In this document: positions 1 to 7,442 of the stretch, piece by piece
Position numbering within the stretch: the first letter of the stretch is position 1
How the letters are laid out: every line of letters starts with the position of its first letter
Source of the DNA: Azolla caroliniana
Lineage: Eukaryota > Plantae > Polypodiophyta
Direction of reading: 5' to 3'
Length of the DNA: 13,140 bases
Assembly (NCBI GenBank): GCA_043228905.1
Contig: JBHGNT010000992.1
Coordinates: forward strand, 1-13,140
Position numbers and translations under genes: made by a program
The notes under the pieces: generated by a model
The model's database searches: none
What the model saw: only the letters and a program-made list of their open reading frames with translations
What the model was told of the DNA's origin: nothing

Positions 1-530
1 AATCCATTGGTAGAGAGGTCAAGCACTTGCAAAGAGCTGAAATTCACTAATACATCAGAGAGCTGGCCTGAAAAATTGTTGCTACTGACATCAAGAGTGT
101 GAAGGGATGAGAGTGTTGAGAGGTCTTGTGGGAGAGGCCCATATAAGTCATTATTCGAAACATCGAGAACTTGGAGAGATGGAATGTTGGCTAATCCTTG
201 AGATAACCTCCCATATAGACCTTTGCTGGAGAGAGAAATGCCCACAATCTGTGCAGAAACAGCATCACAACTCACACCTTCCCAATCACAACAGCTCCCA
301 TTGCTGTTGCTTAAGCTCCAACCCTTCTTGAGAGATGTTATGTTCACAGAATTCATGAATTGGAGAAGGGCATCGGCATCTCCTATCGTACAAGAATCGG
401 AGGTTCGTGGCAGTCCAAGAGAAGATAGGAGAAAAAGAATGTAATAGAGAGTACTAGTAATGGTGATGGTGATGTTGATGGGTCTAACCATGCTTAAAGT
501 GGATAGATGCAAAGGAGTAGTTTGAAACAT
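1..530 (-). CDS. 5' part of a plant leucine-rich-repeat receptor-like kinase/protein (signal peptide, LRRNT cap, first LRRs); continues beyond the left edge
   Basis: Manual minus-strand translation from ATG 530 (alternative in-frame ATG 491) is stop-free to base 1: MFQTTPLHLSTLSMVRPINITITITSTLYYILFLLSSLGLPRTSDSCTIGDADALLQFMNSVNITSLKKGWSLSNSNGSCCDWEGVSCDAVSAQIVGISLSSKGLYGRLSQGLANIPSLQVLDVSNNDLYGPLPQDLSTLSSLHTLDVSSNNFSGQLSDVLVNFSSLQVLDLSTNG. It has a hydrophobic signal segment, D-x-x-ALL, a CxWxGVxC cap and plant LxxLDLSxNxLxGxLP repeats. Kinase versus RLP cannot be decided here. Confidence 0.93.
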   Translation of the reverse strand, partial: MFQTTPLHLSTLSMVRPINITITITSTLYYILFLLSSLGLPRTSDSCTIGDADALLQFMNSVNITSLKKGWSLSNSNGSCCDWEGVSCDAVSAQIVGISLSSKGLYGRLSQGLANIPSLQVLDVSNNDLYGPLPQDLSTLSSLHTLDVSSNNFSGQLSDVLVNFSSLQVLDLSTNG

Positions 531-716
531 CTGTACATGTATCTTTACTCTTCTTGTGATGATGAATCTAGATATATGTTATCTGAAGTAATGGTGGTGG
601 TGATATGGATGTGAGAGGTGGCAGAAATGCTAGTCAATTGAGAAGAAAGGAGATATGAAAGAAACAGAGCAAGGCTTTACATATGTCATGTGAGAACAGT
701 AGAGAAACAGGGGAGG

Positions 717-723
717 TTATATA
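717..723 (-). promoter_or_regulatory. Putative TATA box of the LRR receptor gene
   Basis: Minus strand CC-TATATAA-CC followed by a pyrimidine-rich patch (TCCCCTGTTTCTCTACTGTTCTC), ~190 nt upstream of ATG 530. Confidence 0.55.
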
Positions 724-2177
724 GGCATGAGAAGAATGAAGTAGAAGATGAAAGTGATATGTTTGGAAGGTCTGCTAAAAAGGATTGACTTTGGTATCAA
801 GGAATGGTCTTTAATTCAAAAGTTTTTGAAAAGCTATAGAGAGAGAAACTGTATCGGAATGCTTTGCCCTCAATTCTATGATGTTCTTTGGCTCACTACA
901 AATCTTGTTCAGAGAGCTTTACGAGACTATTTGCACATGAAGTTTCATGGTCACTACGAATAATTACAAAGAGAATCGTCGATATATGCTATGATGTCTG
1001 ACACGACAACAAGAAGCGGGTTGATGCTTGTCGATGGTTGTGGTAGTGGTGAAATTTGTGAAAATTTCAAATGACAATAATGTATTGATCATGAGAAGAC
1101 ATCATATGTTGCTATCGTTGTGAGAAAAATGTAGTTGGGGATGATTATGACATTGATAGTGTCATGATTGTGTTAACGCTTTGCTTTCTTACAAAAACAA
1201 ACAAGAAAGATGCTACCGAATATGAAGATATTGTGGAGACGGTGATAGAGACTAAGTCTATGTTGGCACAAAAGTCTCATGAGTAAGTCTATCGACATTA
1301 TAGAAATTTGATCGCAGAACTTCAGCCCTAGGATTAAAATTTATAGAATAAATTATTCAGAACAAATGTCAAATGAATGACAAGTTTCTTGAATATTATA
1401 CATGATGTATTGAGTACAACATTATGCTTGAGGATGTAGACTTAAGAGTCTATTAGACTATTACTAGGACCAGAATTTGCTTTTTTGTTGTTTCACGCTC
1501 TACCTTCTTGTTTTCTTCACCATGTTAATACAACAGAATTTGTGTTTCCCTTTTTTCCTTTTCTTCACCTTTCTTGCATAACCATGTTAGTGGAGAGGAA
1601 ATTCCTTTCTAGATTTTGCTCTTTGTTGTTGACCATTAGCGTCTATCATTTGTTTGCCTTTTTGTGAGTTCTGTTAGCAGTGAGAAAATCACGGTATTGC
1701 CATTCATTGCTATCTTTGTCTACATTTTGAATTTTTAAAAAATCTCTTTGGAAAGTTTTGAAGGGATAGATTTTATTTTTGTCTTTGGAAAATCAATATA
1801 ATCTTTTCATGAAGTACATGTGAAAGTATGTCACAACTTAGACCCTCAATTATTTTAAGTTTTGAAGTGTTTTGTATATGTGCTTTACATCCTCCTCAAA
1901 TATTGTGGAGAAAATGTATAGAGAGATAGAATTTATTATCGTACTAGAAGATCAATATGCCCAATGTGATTCTCTATTTCTCTCCTCGACAACAAATACA
2001 TAATAGAAAAATCCTTCTCCATTACCTCAGGTTTGTAAATTCTTACACGAAGACATCATCTGTTGGTACGATTGTGTGGGAAAGATAGTGACAAATAGAC
2101 GGGAGCTGAATGCTCATGAAGCCATAGATATCTTTCAATGACTCGTAGTAAAGCTCTCCCTCATGATTACTTACAAC

Positions 2178-2347
2178 CATAGTTCTAGCCATACGTCCCA
2201 TTCGTGCCATACTTATACGCCAATATTGGTATCATACTCATACGTGAAAAGGCTTCGAGTATGATTGAAATCCAAACACGGTACATAGATATAATCATAT
2301 ATACATACGGTGTACATACTACATAGTGTGTGTGCGCGTGTGTGTGC

Positions 2348-2398
<51 letters not shown>

Positions 2399-2770
2399 TT
2401 GTCTAGAGAGAGAAGCCCTGTTTTGCATGTGTGAGAAGACAGTGGCTGAGTGTATGTCTAGAGAGAGAGAGAGAGAGCGAGGAGCTAAGGGTTTTGTTTA
2501 TGTGAGGGAGAGAGAAGCTCTGTCAGTCCTTGAGTGTGTGTATTGGATTCTGTAGAGAGAGATCTGTCAGTTCTAGTGTGAGAGAGAGGGGGTGTGTGTG
2601 TGTGTCATGCGTCACTTCTGTTTGCAATGAATTATGAATATCAGAAAAAAAAACTAAAAAATACCCAAAGGAAAAAAAATTCCAAACGAATGTCGTGTAT
2701 CATACACGGACGTATGCAAACGTTTGCGTACGGCCACCAAATTGGACGTATGCGAATATTAGGAACTATG
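2178..2770. mobile_element. Non-autonomous hAT-type DNA transposon (MITE, 593 bp)
   Basis: Perfect 8-bp TIR CATAGTTC...GAACTATG plus imperfect subterminal inverted CATACGTCC blocks (2190 / 2752). 8-bp TSD CTTACAAC (2170-2177) / CTTACAAG (2771-2778). The integrase sequence resumes across it. No coding capacity. Confidence 0.85.
2326..2396 (+). repeat. Compound microsatellite: imperfect (GT)n then (AG)23; shorter GA/GT runs continue to ~2605
   Basis: Read directly; AG repeat at 2351-2396. Lies inside the MITE. Confidence 0.95.
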
Positions 2771-3006
2771 CTTACAAGTTACAACCAGAGGCTAACAGGT
2801 AGATAGAGCACGAATACTGGCCTCTAGTCAAAGCCATCATAAGAGCCTGCGAAGGGCAAGCCAGGAACTGCCATGATCATTATCTTATGCTTTGTGGGTT
2901 GACAAAACCATGTAAAGCTCCATGATAGGGTTAATGCTAGCTGAGTTCATGTACATACAAAAGCCGGTGATGCCCATCGAGTGAATGATCACATCATTTA
3001 TAGCAA

Positions 3007-3045
3007 TGTCGTGGGAAAACGAGATGAGCGGAGAAGACCTTCAAC
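3007..3045 (+). mobile_element. Probable first 39 bp of a gypsy-type LTR (element B), cut by the old copia
   Basis: TGTCGTGGGAAAA starts where integrase A homology stops and resembles the LTR start of gypsy D (minus from 7077: TGTCGTGGGGAAAT). The match is short. Confidence 0.5.
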
Positions 3046-3260
3046 ATGTAAATGGGTCTCGGTCACAATCGAGATTCAAGCACAAGATAGAAAATAGAAT
3101 ATTGCACACTCACTTAGGGACAAAACGACGCATAATGTTAATGTGGAAACCCTAAGTGGGGAAAACCACAGGAGCCCACAGACTCCAAAGTAAGTCACTA
3201 TGATACGAGAGGAATACAACAAGAGACTCCAAGGCAACAACCTTGAGCTCTTCCTCATCA
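3046..3260 (-). repeat. Partial LTR (U5-side 215 bp) of the old copia
   Basis: Direct repeat of 3686-3903 with about 14 substitutions and 2 small indels by eye. The terminal TG seen at 3684 is absent. Confidence 0.9.
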
Positions 3261-3639
3261 GTCCTTGGAAGACGTTCAAATGCTCCACCATGCTGGAGCC
3301 ATCTTGATACCGGAGACTAACAATCTTTTAAAAGACTAAGACCCTGTTTACGACATTCTTGTTCTCAAACATTGCGTCGATCTTCTTCTAGAGGACATCC
3401 GCTTCTATCTCCTCGTTAAAGTTGTTGTATAAACTTATGTCTATAAAATACCTTATGTATGCCAATGCCTTCAGATGCAAAACTTCCCAAGTCGATGCAT
3501 CAATCTTGCCAAGCCTTTTATTTCCGAACTGCATCAGCAATTAGAGATCTCTGCATACCAACATGTCTCTCATCTTCGACTTCCACGCTAAGTAGTTGGA
3601 GCTGGTTAGCTTGAAGATTCTGCCAAATGGGTCTTCCAT
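3255..3639 (-). pseudogene. gag: Copia gag N-terminus, three in-frame stops, truncated by fusion to the LTR
   Basis: MEDPFGRIFKLTSSNYLAWKSKMRDMLVCRDL*LLMQFGNKRLGKIDASTWEVLHLKALAYIRYFIDISLYNNFNEEIEADVL*KKIDAMFENKNVVNRVLVF*KIVSLRYQDGSSMVEHLNVFQGLM aligns to the young Gag (NYADWKIKMEDLL..KNALNR..KIVNLKYRDGESMVEH). Confidence 0.88.
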
Positions 3640-3668
3640 TTTCTTTTGCTTGAAGGTAATGAACCTTC

Positions 3669-3680
3669 GCTCTGATACCA
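3669..3680 (-). other. Primer-binding site (tRNA-iMet) of the old copia
   Basis: Minus TGGTATCAGAGC, separated from the LTR end (3684) by 3 nt. Confidence 0.92.
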
Positions 3681-3683
3681 GTT

Positions 3684-4214
3684 TGATGTAAATGGGTCTC
3701 GGCAACAACCGAGATTCAAGCACAAGATAGAAAATCTAAATATTGCACACACTCACTTAGAGACAAAACGACGTAGGATGTTAATGTGGAAACCCTAAGT
3801 GGGGAAAACCACGTGAGCCCACAGACTCCAAAGTAAGTCACTATGATACGAGAGGAATACAACAAGAGACTTCAAGGCACTAACCTTGAGCTCTTCCTCA
3901 TCAAACAACGATTACTATAGAGAAACTACTCTCACTCACACTCCCTTACTTACAACAACAATATGTATATACTAAAATTTTCCCTAGTTATATTTATACT
4001 AATATAGCTTTAGGGCTATTTACAAATGTAGCCTCAATAGGCGTAACAAAACATATTTACAGATATGTCCTTCTCTGGATGCATCTTTGGGGCCGGCCGG
4101 ATACCTTTCGGATCCATCCTATTCGTCCCTTGTTGGTCTTCATCCGGTTCTCTCCTCTGAACTAGTCTGATCCAGCTGGTGCTCTTCCCATCCGTAGGGA
4201 CCTATTTGCCAACA
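3684..4214 (-). repeat. Complete LTR (531 bp) of the old copia, shared between two tandem units
   Basis: TG...CA termini. PPT on one side and PBS on the other. TATAAATA on minus at 3991-3998. Confidence 0.9.
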
Positions 4215-4216
4215 AA

Positions 4217-4224
4217 CTCCCCCT
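4217..4224 (-). other. Polypurine tract of the old copia
   Basis: Minus TGA-AGGGGGAG-TT-TG, the same arrangement as the young copia. Confidence 0.9.
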
Positions 4225-5296
4225 TCACTCTGGCATGGGGTGCTTAGTCAGTCCGACCTGTCTTCGACACACATCCACCTTCTCTGCTGACAACACCTTT
4301 GTTAGTATGTCTGATCCGTTCTCCTCCATGTGGATCTTCATTAGAGCAATGACGCTCTCTTCAACCTTTTCCCGGAGCCAATGGTATCTTCTCTGGATGT
4401 GCTTGGTCCTCAAGTGGTAGGCAACATTCTGGTTCTCTTTCGGTCAATTCGGTTCCTTGCTCGAATCCGGCTGGTCCGCTTTGTTCTTTGGTTAGCATCT
4501 AGCTTCCGACCGAATGGGTACTTGTTTTATCCAACTACTCTCTATTTGTCGGTCAACCGAGAGGATGATTCCTTCTTCTCTGTCTCCCAGTCGGTGATAT
4601 CTCAGCGCCTGATAACCCTCTTGTCTATCAGGTCCCATAGCCAGTAACCGAATTCATCTTCACCGTAGCCGAGACATAGACACGGTCGGCTCTTGGGATC
4701 AAGTTTCCCCCTCTAGTCCTTGGCTATATGCACATAGGTTAGGCAACCGAACACCCTCAGATGCCGGTATGACACCTCCTTGCCGGACCACACCCTTTGT
4801 GGTGTGTCACCTTCTAAGGGAATTGAGGGAGACTTGTTAATCATGTAGACAATCTTCTTCAAAGCCTCAACCTAGTAGGTTTTCGGCAACTTAGCATGTG
4901 CCAACATACATCGAACCCTCTGCATCACGGTCTGGTTCATCCTTTCAGACATTCGATTTAGTTCTGGAGTTTTCGGCACTATATATTCTAGCCGGATACC
5001 TTGAGACCAACAATATTCCTCGATTTGCCCTCGGTATTCTCCTCCTTTGTCTATCCGAACGGACTTCATCTTTCGTCTGGATTCTCTCTCTACTCTTTCC
5101 AGGAATTCTTTGAAGATGGACAACACCTGGTCCTTTGTCTTCAGTGTGAAGACCCACAACTTCTAGTTGTAGTCATCTATGAAGGTCACAAAATATTGTG
5201 CACCGGCATGTGACTTTGCATCAACTTGGCATATGTCCGTATGCACAAGTTCCAAAGCGTTATTCCTTCTCATCCAAGGCCTAGGGTGAAAAACGG
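4225..5296 (-). pseudogene. pol: Copia pol remnant: integrase core and linker joined directly to the RNase H C-terminus (RT deleted near 4430)
   Basis: ORF 4872-5159 (WVFTLKTKDQVL..RIDKGGEY..PELN..ERMNQT) and ORF 4225-4413 (RTKHIQRRYHW..ENGSDILTK) match the young polyprotein. No RT motifs lie between them. Confidence 0.88.
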
Positions 5297-6043
5297 TGTC
5301 GCGGATTTCCACATGGATGTGTTGAAACGGGGTGGGAACACGGGGGTCTCAGACTAAGGAGCTGGTGAGAGTAGGAAGGTTGTCCGGATCTGTGTCTGGA
5401 TATCTTCACCGGATTAGTTACTGATCACGTATATGGTCTAGATCGATTCCCGGATGTCGGACAGTGAGCACATGGACTTAGAGACATGTATTGTTCCGAA
5501 CCAGATGCCGATTGGCAACGGTGAGCTCTTGGCCTCACTCGCTCGGATACGCAACACAACAGGAATAGATCAGGGAAAAGAACACGGGAAACCCCAAAAC
5601 ACATAGAGAGACTCCGTGGACTAACGATTAACAGAGAAAACAGGAAAGATTACAACTGGTCGCGGCCGATAAAAGAGCTTCGAGCTCGCTATAAACACAC
5701 ACATAGAAACTAGCAAGCCCATGATCGGGAGCACACAGGCTACCAGTGCGAAGCGGAGGCCTCGTAGCACAACGACAGGGAAATCCGAAAAACAGAGAAT
5801 AGGAAGGAAGCTTGCAGAGCTCGGGCCGGCAACACTTCGTTCTCCAAAACGTGGATTGCTCAAACAAGCTCAAACCTCCCCTTTTATAGACAAGGGGAGG
5901 TCGTTACATCATGAGTAAAGACAATAGCTGCTTTCAGAGATTCTCCCCGGATTTCCTCCTACTAAACTAATTTTTATTCCTCTCTTTCATGGGACATTAA
6001 AGTACCGATCAAATCCTACTACCTAGTACTTATCAGTCCTATG

Positions 6044-6958
6044 CATGGTTGTTAAGTACGTTAGATACAGTACTGATACCATACGTATATAACGTATTAA
6101 TACACATATAGTACCTCCCAATTTAAAAATACATTAAATACGTTTTCTAATATGTTAAATACTTATAAAATACATATTTTATGTATAGTACATTAAATAC
6201 TTCTAGAATTTGAAAATTATTTACCTTTCTAAAAAATATTTGTAATATTGTAAAAAGCATTTATGTTTACACAATTTTGTGATGTACATTATAGTTCTAC
6301 ATCCTAAAATGCATATAAGACATTTGAACATTTCACACCCTAAAATACTTATAATATGAATGTCGACATTCACTTATTCTATAAATTAGTGTAAGTGTGT
6401 ATCATGATGTTCTACTTCAAATTTTAATTATTTACAATTATGTCTTCATAGATTGAGGAATAGTCTACGATTATCACACTCAGGATAGGTTTCTGTCTTC
6501 TTTTCTCTCTTCTTCGTCGTCGTCATCTCTTTTATTCTTCTTTCTTCCTTCTTTTTGCTTCTTTTTCATTAAATTTTGTTTTTTCTTTTGCTTTTTGTTG
6601 GGGTTTACTTACATTTTTTTATAAATACGTATTATACCTGTTTTTTCAAATGTACATGATATTTGACTGAACAACATTGAGGTATAGTATGTACTATACA
6701 AATTATGAGATACTATAAGTATTTAAACGTTAAATACGGGTACATAAAATCTGTTTTTTCTTTTGCTTTTTGTTGGGGTTTTACTTACATTTTTTTATAA
6801 ATACGTATTATTCCTGTTTTTTCAATTGTACGTTAAATACCGTATGGACAAATGTACATGATATTTGACTGAACAACATTGAGTTATAGTACATACTATA
6901 CAAATCATGAGGTACTATACGTATTTAAAAGTTAAATACGGGTACATAAACAACCATG
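6044..6958. mobile_element. Non-autonomous hAT-type DNA transposon (915 bp, AT-rich) inside the gypsy LTR
   Basis: Perfect 10-bp TIR CATGGTTGTT...AACAACCATG, the same CATRGTT terminus as the 2178 MITE. Left flank GTCCTATG recurs as TCCTATG at 6963-6969 after 4 nt (GGAC). TACGT-rich subterminal regions. Confidence 0.8.
6577..6950 (+). repeat. Tandem duplication of the MITE right subterminal region (6577-6748 and 6752-6950)
   Basis: Two highly similar copies, TGTTTTTTCTTTTGC...TAAATACGGGTACATAAA. Copy 2 has 26 extra bp (CAATTGTAC...ATGGA) bounded by CAAWTGTAC repeats. Confidence 0.92.
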
Positions 6959-7077
6959 GGACTCCTATGTTATTTACATATGTTTGTACATAAGGAAATT
7001 CTCGTGTGCATCCTTGCACAACCGCGTTCACACACATCTGGCCCCTTTTCTCCTCGTAGCCGGATTTCCCCACGACA

Positions 7078-7089
7078 TCCACCCCCACC
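7078..7089 (-). other. Gypsy polypurine tract
   Basis: Minus GGTGGGGGTGGA directly before the LTR TG, ~60 nt after the integrase stop (7150). Confidence 0.7.
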
Positions 7090-7149
7090 AAACCGCACAT
7101 CCTCTAGCATCGGCCAAGTAGTGAAGCGGTGGGGATTCCGGGTTGATCT

Positions 7150-7442
7150 TTACTCATCCTCCCCCAATCCGTCGTCGGTCCGATCCTTATCCAACTCTGG
7201 CTCCTCGTTCTTGTTCGTGCTTCCGGTCTCTTCCTCTGGATTCGGTCTGGCTTCATGATGCTTCTTGAAGGCCGGTACCTGGTTTCCGACAACCGGTATT
7301 GCTATCCTCACCCCGTCAAGCTTGGCTAAATGGTATGTCACGTTGTTGTTGACGATCGTCACCACGGAAGGCCTGAACCACTGCCTCGTGAACTTCAAGG
7401 CTGTGGTCGTAGACCAACACCCAATCACCTTCCTCGATCTTC
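7150..7442 (-). pseudogene. Gypsy integrase C-terminal (GPY/F-type) region with acidic tail
   Basis: KIEEGDWVLVYDHSL / (frameshift near 7396) KFTRQWFRPSVVTIVNNNVTYHLAKLDGVRIAIPVVGNQVPAFKK..GEDE*. Confidence 0.82.

Larger units (their letters stand above)
2031..3006 (+). pseudogene. Decayed Ty3/gypsy integrase core (element A), interrupted by a hAT MITE
   Basis: Plus translation VCKFLHEDIICWYDCVGKIVTNRRELNAHEAIDIFQ*LVVKLSLMITYN [MITE] ..EANR*IEHEYWPLVKAIIRACEGQARN..LSYALWVDKTM*SSMIGLMLAEFMYIQKPVMPIE. Homologous to the integrase at 12754-13140 (CVGKIVVDQGELDA; MFGQKPVMSVE). Contains stops and frameshifts. Confidence 0.85.
3046..5296 (-). mobile_element. Old degenerate Ty1/copia tandem complex (element C): INT-del-RH-PPT-LTR-PBS-gag-del-partial LTR
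   Basis: See sub-features. Proteins and LTR motifs are related to, but diverged from, the young copia. Interrupted at 5296/5297 by gypsy D. Confidence 0.88.
5297..7077 (-). repeat. Gypsy 3' LTR (~855 bp after removing the MITE)
   Basis: Minus termini TGTCGTGG...CCGCGACA (7/8 inverted match), immediately after a PPT. TATAAAAG on minus at 5881-5888. No second LTR copy in the window to confirm. Confidence 0.75.

Noticed and set aside
107-444. Plus-strand ORFs of 74 and 73 aa
   Set aside because: Antisense shadows of the LRR receptor exon.
748-2030. Short ORFs (748-963, 1485-1667), a PBS-like TGGTATCA near 792, and possibly decayed repeat DNA
   Set aside because: No recognisable domains, termini or repeats; the PBS match is only 8 nt with no adjacent LTR. 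Left unannotated.
2213-2806. ORFs 2213-2428 (poly-SL) and 2594-2806
   Set aside because: Products of microsatellite and low-complexity MITE sequence.
5621-5918. Three overlapping 65-81 aa ORFs
   Set aside because: Within the gypsy LTR; no motifs.
5297-5996. Candidate 700-bp solo LTR TGTC...GACA
   Set aside because: No TSD (AACGG vs TTAAA). The better terminus at 7077 has a 7/8 inverted match and an adjacent PPT.
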